From positions 84,576 to 148,575 of IMG/VR virus record IMGVR_UViG_3300021963_000035: a stretch of 64,000 nucleotides of DNA; one strand, 5' to 3'. The translations under genes were made by a program, and so were the position numbers. Positions within the stretch are counted from its first letter, which is position 1. Every line of letters starts with the position of its first letter. The notes beneath the pieces were generated by a model, which saw only the letters and a list, made by a program, of their open reading frames with translations, did not search any database and had not been told where the DNA came from. This document shows, piece by piece, positions 10,599 through 20,056 of this stretch. This stretch comes from a virus.

Positions 10599-13500
10599 AT
10601 GGCAACATTAAATTCACCAGGCGTAGACGTAAGCGTAATTGACGAGAGTTTTTACACACCGGCTGAGCCAGGAACAGTTCCACTCATTGTAGTGGCTACC
10701 TCACAGAATAAGAAAAACGGTGCTGGCACAGGCACAGCATCGGGAACGACCAAAGCTAACGCAGGTAAAGCAATCAAAATTACTAGCCAAAGAGACCTTG
10801 TTGATCTCTACGGTGTACCGTTTTTTGAGAAGACAGTTAGCGGAACTCCAATTCACGGAAGTGAAAGAAATGAGTTCGGTTTATTAGCAGCATACAGCTT
10901 GTTAGGTGTATCAAACGCAGCATTTATTGTAAGAGCTGACGTAGACCTAGCACAATTAGAAGGCACAACAACAGCCCCGGGAGCGAATCCAAGTAACGGC
11001 GACTGGTGGTTAGATACAAAGAATTCTTTATTTGGTGTGTTTGAATGGAACGGATCAGCTGCATCGACAGTTGGCGGTCAGAAATTTACAAACAAGATTC
11101 CTCGTGTTTTAACATCAGATGACGCTATCAATGTATCAAACGGAGTACCAAAAGATTCATTTGGCACTATCGGAGAATATGCAGTAGTTGTAGAAACTAC
11201 AGATGCTTATTCTTCAACTAAAGAACCGGGTAGAATCTATTACAAGAGAGACACAGCTACGCTAGGCGTATCTGGCGCTTGGGTATTATTAGGTTCAAAC
11301 GATTGGTATCGTTCACATCCTACCGTTAAAGGTACTGTTCAATCTCCAACAATTACCGCAACCAACACATTCTATATCAATGGAACAATGATCACAGCCA
11401 GCGGCACAACTGCTACTTCGTTAGTTTCTGATATTAATACTGTTATGAATGCACAAGGTGTTTATGCAGTTCGTGTGAGTGATAGGATTTATCTATATCA
11501 AAATGCAGATATTGATTCAGCAGCAGTAGATTCATCAAAGAGCAATGCTATTGTTATCACAGCAGGCACAGGACCGATCTTAACTAATATCGGTATTCCA
11601 GCAGGAACATATTATGGACCAGAATTACAAATGAGTCCACATTACACTGTTCCTGAGTTCAAGTCAGACGATACTACTCCGCGCCCAACAGGGTCTGTAT
11701 GGGTTAAGACTACTGATGCAAATCTAGGAGCTAAGTGGAGCTTGAAGCGTTGGAACGGAACTACTCTGTTATGGGAATTAGTCGATGCTCCGTTGTATTC
11801 TAGCACACACTCTGCACTATATGGATTAGATCGTACAGGTGGCGGAAAGAACATTGCACAAAATAAAGCATTTGTTCAGTACAACTATTCAGAAGATATT
11901 GGTTACGATTCTACTCCACAGACTGCAACATTCAGAATCTGGAGAAGAAAGTCAACAAGCTCTACAGTGATTACTTCTGAGCCAATTACAGCTTCTACAT
12001 TTACCGCAGGTTCTAATAATTTTAAAATGAGAGAAAGTAAGTCAGGTGCATCTGTTCTTAGTTCTCCGGCTGTACAGAGCGGAGATAGCTCATTGGTAAC
12101 TTTTAGTCCAACTGGTGCTGTAGCTGATGCTGACAGATTAGCAAGTGCTATTAATGCTAGAGGCTACACTAACGTTGAAGCTAGCGTTACTACTGACAAT
12201 AGAGTTGTTATTACTCACAAACTAGGCGGCGACATTAGATTTACTGACGGATTAAACAGCCCGTTAGGTGCAATCTTTACAGCGTTTAATCTAAACACAC
12301 TAGAAGGCACCGCAAATCTTTATGATATGCCAGCGGGAGATGGTGGAACTTTCTTAGCTACTAATTGGATTCCATTAGCTGCAACAGATGTTAACTGGTC
12401 TGCTAAGTCTAGTGCTCCTAAGAACGAACCAGATGATGGACAACTATGGTACAATCCTTCTTTCAGTGATGTAGATATCATGGTCCATAATGGAACATTC
12501 TGGAAGGGTTATAGAAACGTATATCCTAACACAAATCCAACCGGTCCAATTGTTGCTGCAACAGCACCAACAACACAAACTGATGGTACTGCATTAGTTG
12601 ATAAAGATCTTTGGATTAGCACTGCTGATACAGAGAACTTCCCAACAATTTACAAGTACGACGATAATAACAAGAAGTGGGTGTTAGTTGATAAGACTGA
12701 TAATACTTCAGAAGAAGGCGTACTGTTTGCTGATGCACGTTATGGTTCCGACGGTACTACAGGAAATACAGCAGCATCGATTGAAACATTGACACAAAAT
12801 GATTTCTTAGATCCAGATGCTCCAGATCCTGCTAACTATCCGAGAGGAATCCTGTTATACAATACAAGACGTAGCAGCGGCAATGTTAAGAAATATAGAA
12901 ACAGCTATGTTGATACTACAGCATTGAATACTAGATACAATGGTACTAATGGTATTGCTAGTACAATCGGCGACGGCCAGTCAATGGCATTATATGCAAC
13001 TGATCGTTGGGTAACTGCAAGCGGTAACCAGGATGACGGTTCCGGTACATTTGGCCGCAGAGCACAACGTCAAGTTGTAATCCAAGCGATGAAGAGTGTA
13101 GTAGACACTAGCCAAGAAATCCGTGACGAAGAACGTCGTAACTTTAACTTAATTGCTTGCCCAGGTTATCCAGAGCTATTGAGCAACTTAGTTAACTTGA
13201 ATATCGATCGTGGTATTACAGCGTTCGTTATTGGCGACTCACCGCTAAGATTAAAGAGCGATGCAACAACATTAACTAACTGGGGTACAAATGCCAACGG
13301 TGCATTAGATAACGGCGATACCGGAATCGTAACATACGACGAATATACCGCAGTGTTCTATCCAAATGGATTTACAACTGACTTAGGCGGTGTTAACGCA
13401 GTTGTTCCGGCAAGTCACATGATGCTAAGAACTTTTGCATTGAGTGATCAGGTTAGCTATCCTTGGTTTGCACCAGCAGGTACAAGAAGGGGTGCTATAA

Positions 13501-13988
13501 CAAACGCAACAGCGGTAGGTTATATTGATGCATCAACAAACGAGTTCCAGCAAGTGGCATTGAATGAAGGTCAAAGAGATACTTTGTATAACATCAAAGT
13601 AAATCCGATCGCATTCTTTAACGGTGTTGGTCACGTAAACTACGGTCAGAAGACTCGTGCTAAAAACTCTAGTGCATTAGATCGTATTAATGTAGCACGT
13701 TTAGTTGTTTACTTAAGAAGTCAACTTTCTAAACTAGCAAGACCGTTCGTGTTTGAACCAAACGATAAAATCACTAGAGACGAGATTAAACAAGCTTGCG
13801 ATAGCCTGTTACTCGAACTAGTAGGTTTACGAGCAATTTATGACTTCTCTGTTGTATGTGATACAAGCAACAACACACCAGCAAGAATTGATCGTAACGA
13901 GTTGTATGTAGATATTGCGATTGAACCAGTGAAGGCCATTGAGTTTATCTACATTCCACTACGTATTAAGAATACAGGGGAGATTTAA
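10599..13988 (+). CDS. Contractile tail sheath protein (T4 gp18-like)
   Basis: SPGVDVSVIDES N-terminus; PWFAPAG..RG, LDRINV.RL, FEPND..TR, CD.SNNT C-terminal sheath motifs. Confidence 0.95.
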   Translation: MATLNSPGVDVSVIDESFYTPAEPGTVPLIVVATSQNKKNGAGTGTASGTTKANAGKAIKITSQRDLVDLYGVPFFEKTVSGTPIHGSERNEFGLLAAYSLLGVSNAAFIVRADVDLAQLEGTTTAPGANPSNGDWWLDTKNSLFGVFEWNGSAASTVGGQKFTNKIPRVLTSDDAINVSNGVPKDSFGTIGEYAVVVETTDAYSSTKEPGRIYYKRDTATLGVSGAWVLLGSNDWYRSHPTVKGTVQSPTITATNTFYINGTMITASGTTATSLVSDINTVMNAQGVYAVRVSDRIYLYQNADIDSAAVDSSKSNAIVITAGTGPILTNIGIPAGTYYGPELQMSPHYTVPEFKSDDTTPRPTGSVWVKTTDANLGAKWSLKRWNGTTLLWELVDAPLYSSTHSALYGLDRTGGGKNIAQNKAFVQYNYSEDIGYDSTPQTATFRIWRRKSTSSTVITSEPITASTFTAGSNNFKMRESKSGASVLSSPAVQSGDSSLVTFSPTGAVADADRLASAINARGYTNVEASVTTDNRVVITHKLGGDIRFTDGLNSPLGAIFTAFNLNTLEGTANLYDMPAGDGGTFLATNWIPLAATDVNWSAKSSAPKNEPDDGQLWYNPSFSDVDIMVHNGTFWKGYRNVYPNTNPTGPIVAATAPTTQTDGTALVDKDLWISTADTENFPTIYKYDDNNKKWVLVDKTDNTSEEGVLFADARYGSDGTTGNTAASIETLTQNDFLDPDAPDPANYPRGILLYNTRRSSGNVKKYRNSYVDTTALNTRYNGTNGIASTIGDGQSMALYATDRWVTASGNQDDGSGTFGRRAQRQVVIQAMKSVVDTSQEIRDEERRNFNLIACPGYPELLSNLVNLNIDRGITAFVIGDSPLRLKSDATTLTNWGTNANGALDNGDTGIVTYDEYTAVFYPNGFTTDLGGVNAVVPASHMMLRTFALSDQVSYPWFAPAGTRRGAITNATAVGYIDASTNEFQQVALNEGQRDTLYNIKVNPIAFFNGVGHVNYGQKTRAKNSSALDRINVARLVVYLRSQLSKLARPFVFEPNDKITRDEIKQACDSLLLELVGLRAIYDFSVVCDTSNNTPARIDRNELYVDIAIEPVKAIEFIYIPLRIKNTGEI

Positions 13989-13991
13989 TAA

Positions 13992-14645
13992 ATGGCAATT
14001 ACCTCATTAAACAAATATACAGTACCTTTAGCTAGTAACCAGTCTAGCACCACACAAGGTCTGTTAATGCCAAAACTAAAGTATCGCTTTAGAGTGATAC
14101 TACAAGGTTTTGGTGCTAATGGTTCAATTTCAACAGAATTGACCAAGCAGGTATCAGATGTAACAAGACCAAAAGTGTCTTTTGAAGAGATCGAAGTTCC
14201 TGTGTACAACAGCAAGGTATTCCTTGCAGGTAAGTACACCTGGGAACAAATGACTCTAACACTACGCGATGATGCTAGCGGAAACGTGCAGCGTTTAGTC
14301 GGTGAACAGATTCAGAAACAATTCGATTTCATGGAGCAAGCATCAGCACGTTCTGGTATTGACTATAAGTTCACTACTAAGATTGAAGTACTAGACGGCG
14401 GCAACGGTGCTAATCAACCAAGCATTTTAGAAACTTATGAGTGCTACGGTTGTTTCATTCAAAATGCAGACTACGGCGACTTGAACTACGGTACTAATGA
14501 ACCAGCTACAGTGGCTCTAACAATCCGCTTTGATAATGCTATCCAATACAAAGGTGGCTCAATTGATGGAATTGGTCGTTCTATTGGTGCAAGAGTTGCT
14601 GCTGCCGCAGGCGGTACCGGTGGTGGTGCTGCAACAGTCGGTTAA
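13992..14645 (+). CDS. Tail tube protein (T4 gp19-like)
   Basis: Directly after sheath; PK..YRFRV, AGK.TW, .T.RFDNA. Confidence 0.88.
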   Translation: MAITSLNKYTVPLASNQSSTTQGLLMPKLKYRFRVILQGFGANGSISTELTKQVSDVTRPKVSFEEIEVPVYNSKVFLAGKYTWEQMTLTLRDDASGNVQRLVGEQIQKQFDFMEQASARSGIDYKFTTKIEVLDGGNGANQPSILETYECYGCFIQNADYGDLNYGTNEPATVALTIRFDNAIQYKGGSIDGIGRSIGARVAAAAGGTGGGAATVG

Positions 14646-14661
14646 TAGTTTTATTACTATC

Positions 14662-14690
14662 AAAAAAGCCCAGATTAACCTGGGCTTTTT
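14662..14690 (+). terminator. Intrinsic terminator
   Basis: AAGCCCAG-attaac-CTGGGCTTTTT hairpin plus T-run after tube gene. Confidence 0.85.
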
Positions 14691-14708
14691 TATTGGATAA
14701 ATATTTGT

Positions 14709-15872
14709 ATGGCAGATAAATTCACTCGTTTCCTCGGCGAAGTATTAGGCGGTGCTCTTGCTCCTAAGGGCAACATGGCCAATTGGCAACACGCCACACG
14801 ATTGTTTGTTGATAACAATTATGCTTTCGCTCCTAGAACCAAGTTCATGTACTATGTGTACTTTGAATTGGATGCATCCGTAGCAGGAGCTACCCAGTTT
14901 AAAGCTAGACACGGAGACATGGTAGGCATGTTGGTCAAAAGTTTAGACTTACCTAAGTATACTTTTGAACATATAGTTAAGAATCAGTATAATAAAAAGA
15001 AAATTTGTTATAAAGATATTAAGTACGATCCCGTGAACATAGCGTTTCACGATGATAATACTGGCGTAGTAAATGCTTTGTGGGCATTATACTATGGAAC
15101 TTACGTAGCAGATAGACACTTAGACAAGATAGCATTTGCAACTAATGAATTATATTCTTCCGGTAAGGGTTATGCATATGGATTTGATACTGGACGTTGG
15201 GGAGATTTTATTCGTTCAGTAACGTTATATACTATGAGTCGACAACGATATAATGGTTATACTTTAGTTAATCCTAAAATTTTGTCCTGGCAACACGGAA
15301 CAATGGGCAGTAGCGAAACGGGAGTAGCGGAAAGCACTATGCAACTCGGTTACGAAGCAGTTCTATATTCATCTGGTGTAGTAAAACAAGGACTGCCGGA
15401 TGGATTCGGTAATAACTACTACGACAAAACACCTAGTCCTCTTACTATCGGTGGTGGAGGCACAGCCAGTATATTCGGTGAAGGTGGTACACTAGCAGGT
15501 GTTTCTACAGTATTTGGAAATATTTCTGATGGCACTGCATTTAACAGTTTTGGTGGATTTTTAAGTACAACAGTTGCGGCAATTAATACAGCAAAGAATT
15601 TCGAAGCTGCAAAAGCAAATTTTAAAAACGAAGCTCTTAACATCATAACTTCACCGGCGGCTATCGACGGAGCACTTAATGTGGTCAGCGGATTACCAGG
15701 CACATTATTTCCAAAAAATACTAATGTTACTCCGGATGTAAATGGTGCAGCTATTCCTGCATATAAAGGTGCAGACGTGCCTACAAATGTATTTTCGAAT
15801 CCTGACGCAGCAGCAGGTGGAGGCTTGCCTCAGAGAACATTCCCCTCAGCAGGAGGTGAAAATCAAGGATGA
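14709..15872 (+). CDS. Tail-tube-fold baseplate/tube initiator protein (gp54/gp48-like)
   Basis: VK..DLP, Y.PV.I.FHDD, L.YE tube-fold pattern; position. Confidence 0.6.
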   Translation: MADKFTRFLGEVLGGALAPKGNMANWQHATRLFVDNNYAFAPRTKFMYYVYFELDASVAGATQFKARHGDMVGMLVKSLDLPKYTFEHIVKNQYNKKKICYKDIKYDPVNIAFHDDNTGVVNALWALYYGTYVADRHLDKIAFATNELYSSGKGYAYGFDTGRWGDFIRSVTLYTMSRQRYNGYTLVNPKILSWQHGTMGSSETGVAESTMQLGYEAVLYSSGVVKQGLPDGFGNNYYDKTPSPLTIGGGGTASIFGEGGTLAGVSTVFGNISDGTAFNSFGGFLSTTVAAINTAKNFEAAKANFKNEALNIITSPAAIDGALNVVSGLPGTLFPKNTNVTPDVNGAAIPAYKGADVPTNVFSNPDAAAGGGLPQRTFPSAGGENQG

Positions 15873-16237
15873 GAACCAACCTACCATCACCTACAGACTA
15901 TGATAGTTCCACAGGTACTAAATTATTTTTTGATAGTTATGGTCAAGCCCCGTTAGAGTTTGGAGCTAACGAAGTCAATTCAACAGTAGCATTTTTTCAA
16001 GAAAAAGGATTTGATGTCGATGCAGCATCAGTAACTGCGGCTGTTTTATTAAAACAGGCTAAGATCGACAACGTTCCTATTTTTCAAGTGCTAGATGGGA
16101 TAAAAAATCTCGATCAAGTTAAGCTAAGTGCGCTAGTTACAGAAATTCTAAATAATAATAGATCTATCACTTCAACTCTAGGTTATAGAACCAAAGATGT
16201 TTCTAACGTACTGATAACCAGAAATATATTACCGTAA
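15869..16237 (+). CDS. Hypothetical virion protein
   Basis: Translationally coupled ORF in the tail operon. Confidence 0.6.
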   Translation: MRTNLPSPTDYDSSTGTKLFFDSYGQAPLEFGANEVNSTVAFFQEKGFDVDAASVTAAVLLKQAKIDNVPIFQVLDGIKNLDQVKLSALVTEILNNNRSITSTLGYRTKDVSNVLITRNILP

Positions 16238-16677
16238 TGGGAAGATTTGCACAGGGGATCTTCGAAATGAAGAACCCAGACAAGTACATAGGAAAAAAGA
16301 AACCACTGGCTCGCAGCAGCTGGGAATTTATCTTTATGAAAATGTTAGATGAACATCCTGGCGTAGAAAGTTGGGCCAGCGAAAGCATACAAATTCCTTA
16401 TCGTGATCCATTGACTGGAAAATACACAATTTATGTTCCTGACTTTTTCGTTGTATACAACGACAAGAATGGCAAAAAACATGCCGAGGTCGTTGAGGTA
16501 AAACCAGAAAATCAAACCCTAAGAGAAAAGGTAGGCAAGCACCCTTACAATCAAGCACAGTACATAAAAAACTTAGCTAAATGGGAAGCTGCTGTATCTT
16601 GGTGTAAACAACAGGGAATACGATTTAGAGTAGTCAACGAAGGCGATATTTTTCATACAGGCTCAAAAAGACGATAA
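16237..16677 (+). CDS. Head completion nuclease (T4 gp4-like, TnsA-type PD-(D/E)xK)
   Basis: NP.KY.G, RSSWE, WASE...IPY, Y.PDF, EVKP, N.AKW.AA. Confidence 0.88.
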   Translation: MGRFAQGIFEMKNPDKYIGKKKPLARSSWEFIFMKMLDEHPGVESWASESIQIPYRDPLTGKYTIYVPDFFVVYNDKNGKKHAEVVEVKPENQTLREKVGKHPYNQAQYIKNLAKWEAAVSWCKQQGIRFRVVNEGDIFHTGSKRR

Positions 16678-16685
16678 GTAATGTT

Positions 16686-17153
16686 ATGACTAAAAAATTA
16701 GAAGATCTATTCAATTTAGCTGACAAAGAGGAAGTTCCTGAGGTTCCCGTAAAGGAACACGAGGACGTAAAAGATCTTGATAACAGCTACAAGCAAGTAG
16801 AAGAAATTACTAAAAGTCTGCCCGTTATCCCCGAGCTAGATAATTTAGATGAGAAAGAATTAGATGACTTATCTAAAAAAGCTGAGGACGCATACGATGA
16901 TCTAATGGATCTAGGCATGAATGTTGAAGTGCGTTATGCTGGACGTATCTTTGAAGTAGCTGGCACAATGATGAAAAATGCTATTGATGCAAAAGCAGCA
17001 AAGATCGATAGAAAATTAAAAGCAGTTGATCTTCAACTTAAGAAGTATAAGATCGACAAAGAAAATACCGGAGAGGATGATGTGCTACAAGGGCAAGGAT
17101 TTGTAATAACAGATCGAAATGAGCTCATTAAAAAACTCAGCGGAAAGGAATAA
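16686..17153 (+). CDS. Probable terminase small subunit
   Basis: Helical 155-aa protein upstream of TerL; R.FEVA..M, DRNELIK tail. Confidence 0.5.
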   Translation: MTKKLEDLFNLADKEEVPEVPVKEHEDVKDLDNSYKQVEEITKSLPVIPELDNLDEKELDDLSKKAEDAYDDLMDLGMNVEVRYAGRIFEVAGTMMKNAIDAKAAKIDRKLKAVDLQLKKYKIDKENTGEDDVLQGQGFVITDRNELIKKLSGKE

Positions 17154-17161
17154 ATATAGAT

Positions 17162-17734
17162 ATGAAAACATTTAAAGAATATCTAACAGAAAGCCAAAAA
17201 ACCTGGTCTTTTAAGATCAAAGTTGCTGGCCCACTTCCAGAAAATTTTGAATCTACTGTCAAAGAGAGACTGGAAAAATTTGGTGTTGCTAAATTTGAAA
17301 AAGCAGCACAAACACCCATTCAAAAAAATGCTGTAGACTTTCCTCAATTATCAAATGTAGAAGTTACAGTATTTGAGGTAGAAACAAACTACCCAACTAC
17401 ACCTCCAGAAATACATACGATCGTAAAAGGATCTAATCTAATCAAAGAAGAATATGTGCTAGTTAGATACGCTACAGAAGAATTGGCAGCATTAGATGTT
17501 GAACCAACTTCAAAAGCACTATTATCAGATTCTAACTACTCAGAACAAGAAAAGATCAAACACAAAGATTATTTCGGGGACGAGTATAACAACAGTTTCT
17601 TAAAAGATCTTAGCAAAGCTGCTAAGGCACGTAAAAAAGAACTAGGACAAGACAAGGGAAAACCAGACGTGTTAGGTTCTGCGCTCAAAAATAAACAAGA
17701 CAAATCTGGCGCAAAAAGTGCCATAGGGAGTTAA
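17162..17734 (+). CDS. Putative internal head protein
   Basis: N-terminus MKTFKEYLTE resembles the T4 capsid-targeting sequence. Confidence 0.55.
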   Translation: MKTFKEYLTESQKTWSFKIKVAGPLPENFESTVKERLEKFGVAKFEKAAQTPIQKNAVDFPQLSNVEVTVFEVETNYPTTPPEIHTIVKGSNLIKEEYVLVRYATEELAALDVEPTSKALLSDSNYSEQEKIKHKDYFGDEYNNSFLKDLSKAAKARKKELGQDKGKPDVLGSALKNKQDKSGAKSAIGS

Positions 17735-17735
17735 A

Positions 17736-18443
17736 ATGGATTTTCATCAGTTGTTAGCAAGAATGAAAGAAATAAATCAACCGACTACAGAGTCTACGGT
17801 TGATGAGTGTGGGGAGCCAATGGGCATGCCTGGACCATCTGCTCCAGAGACCCCTCCTCCTACAGTTAGTATTAACATGAATGCACAAGGTGTTGAAAAT
17901 ATTTCTAGCCTAATGCAGTTATTAATGAAAGTTAATCCAGATCTAGGTCCAAAGGCAGGAGCAATGGCTAAGCCTGCAATGACTGATCCTGTTATTGCTA
18001 TTGGTACTACAGACGACGAACAAGATTTTAGTCTAGGTAAAGACATGGATAGTGACGACGACTTAGACGGAGAAATTGATCCAGAAGGCGCAGATCAAGA
18101 TGGTGGGTATGGAAATGAACCAGATGAAAAGTACGCCGATATTGATGACGTAACTAAAAATGCAGGTGGAGGAATGAATGGTCCTAAGAACCCAAAAGAT
18201 CTTAGAATCAAAGATCCCTCACCGTACGAAAACGAAGCATACGCTAATGAGCCAGATGAGGAATACGAAGATCATTTAAAAATGATCAAGCATTTAGCAG
18301 GTGGCATGAATAAAGAAAAAGAAATGGTCAAACACGGTTATCAGCAAGGCGATAATCCTAAGTCCATGAAAGAGAGCGATGATCCTTTGGCACAAATTAA
18401 AAATGATCTATACGCTCGACTACAAGAATTTAAATCACGCTAA
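17736..18443 (+). CDS. Acidic, low-complexity putative head/scaffold-associated protein
   Basis: Repeated Y(G/A)NEPDE.Y...AGGMN motif; lies between head genes. Confidence 0.45.
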   Translation: MDFHQLLARMKEINQPTTESTVDECGEPMGMPGPSAPETPPPTVSINMNAQGVENISSLMQLLMKVNPDLGPKAGAMAKPAMTDPVIAIGTTDDEQDFSLGKDMDSDDDLDGEIDPEGADQDGGYGNEPDEKYADIDDVTKNAGGGMNGPKNPKDLRIKDPSPYENEAYANEPDEEYEDHLKMIKHLAGGMNKEKEMVKHGYQQGDNPKSMKESDDPLAQIKNDLYARLQEFKSR

Positions 18444-18458
18444 TTAAGGATTGACCCC

Positions 18459-20045
18459 ATGGGCAAAAGTCTCGACGGGGTCTTGATCAAAAAGGCCCAT
18501 AAACCCCAACGTTATACAATAGAAGAAGTCCGACACTTGGAAAAGTGTATGGATCCTGTTGACGGTCCTTTGTATTTCTGCAGAAACTTTCTTAAGATAC
18601 AACACCCGGTAAGAGGCGCAATTGATTTTGTACCATATGATTATCAGGAAAGATTAATAGAAGCGTACCATAATAACAAACAATGCATTGCTATGTTGCC
18701 TCGTCAGATGGGTAAGACAACATGTGCCACAGGATATCTATTATGGTATACGATGTTTGTGCCAGAAGCACAGGTTTTGATCGCTGCTCACAAGTACGAA
18801 GGTGCGCAGGATATTATGAATCGTTATCGGTATGGTTATGAAAACTTACCTGACTTTATTCGTGCTGGTGTGTATTCGTATAACAGAAACACTATTGAAT
18901 ATGATAACGGTGCTCGTATTCAGGCAACCACTACTACAGAAAACACAGGTCGTGGTAAATCTTTATCATTAATTTATTGTGATGAGTTTGCGTTTGTGCA
19001 ACCTCCAGAGAAAGCCAAAGAATTTTGGACCGCCTTAAGTCCTACATTATCAACAGGCGGTAAATGTATAATAACTTCTACACCTAATTCAGATGAAGAC
19101 CAGTTTGCTCTTATCTGGACTGAAGCTAACAAAAAGTTCGATGAATACGGCAACGAACAAAAACTAGGAACTAATGGTTTCTACAGTTACTTTGCACATT
19201 GGAGTGAGCATCCAGATAGAGATGAGGATTGGGCCAAAGTAGAAAGAGCAAAGATTGGTGAAGAACGGTTTCGCAGAGAATTTGATTGTGAATTTTTAAT
19301 CTTTGATGAAACCCTAATCAACGCAGTACGTCTTGCAGAATTAAAAGGTAGTGATCCAGTATTAACAATGGGTCAAACAAGGTGGTATAAAGATATCGAT
19401 CCGCGATGTACATACCTAGTAGCATTAGATCCTAGCCTTGGAACAGGCGGAGACTACGGTGCTATCCAGGTATTTGAAATGCCTAGTATGACGCAAGTAG
19501 CGGAATGGCATCACAATCTTACTCCGGTGCAAGCACAAGTAAAACACCTACGAGAGATTTGTAAGTACATACACGATCGGGGTGAAGAGTTAGGCGCTGC
19601 ACCTCAAATTTACTATTCGATTGAAAACAATACTCTAGGCGAAGCTGCTTTAGTTACTATTAGAGATATTGGTGAAGAAAATATACACGGACTGTTCCTT
19701 AGCGAACCTATACGTAAAGGTCATGTTCGTAAGTTCCGTAAAGGTTTTAACACAACACATAAAACAAAGATAACTGCTTGTTCAAAATTAAAACAATTAT
19801 TAGAAATGCAACAGATGAAAATCAGCTCAAAGCCTTTGATTTCGGAATTAAAAACATTCGTAGCACACGGAGTAGGATTTGGAGCAAAAACGGGAGAACA
19901 CGACGATCTCGTATCTGCTTCATTATTAATTGTTAGAATGGCAAATGTGCTGGCAGATTGGGATCCAAAAATCTATGAAAAAATGACGGATAGATTAACC
20001 GAAGAGCAGTTGCCTATGCCAATTTTTATAAGTACAGGTTTTTAA
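18459..20045 (+). CDS. terL: Terminase large subunit (T4 gp17-like)
   Basis: PRQMGKT Walker A, LIYCDEFAF Walker B, STPN, ALDPS and HDDLV nuclease motifs. Confidence 0.95.
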   Translation: MGKSLDGVLIKKAHKPQRYTIEEVRHLEKCMDPVDGPLYFCRNFLKIQHPVRGAIDFVPYDYQERLIEAYHNNKQCIAMLPRQMGKTTCATGYLLWYTMFVPEAQVLIAAHKYEGAQDIMNRYRYGYENLPDFIRAGVYSYNRNTIEYDNGARIQATTTTENTGRGKSLSLIYCDEFAFVQPPEKAKEFWTALSPTLSTGGKCIITSTPNSDEDQFALIWTEANKKFDEYGNEQKLGTNGFYSYFAHWSEHPDRDEDWAKVERAKIGEERFRREFDCEFLIFDETLINAVRLAELKGSDPVLTMGQTRWYKDIDPRCTYLVALDPSLGTGGDYGAIQVFEMPSMTQVAEWHHNLTPVQAQVKHLREICKYIHDRGEELGAAPQIYYSIENNTLGEAALVTIRDIGEENIHGLFLSEPIRKGHVRKFRKGFNTTHKTKITACSKLKQLLEMQQMKISSKPLISELKTFVAHGVGFGAKTGEHDDLVSASLLIVRMANVLADWDPKIYEKMTDRLTEEQLPMPIFISTGF

Positions 20046-20056
20046 CTAAATATAAT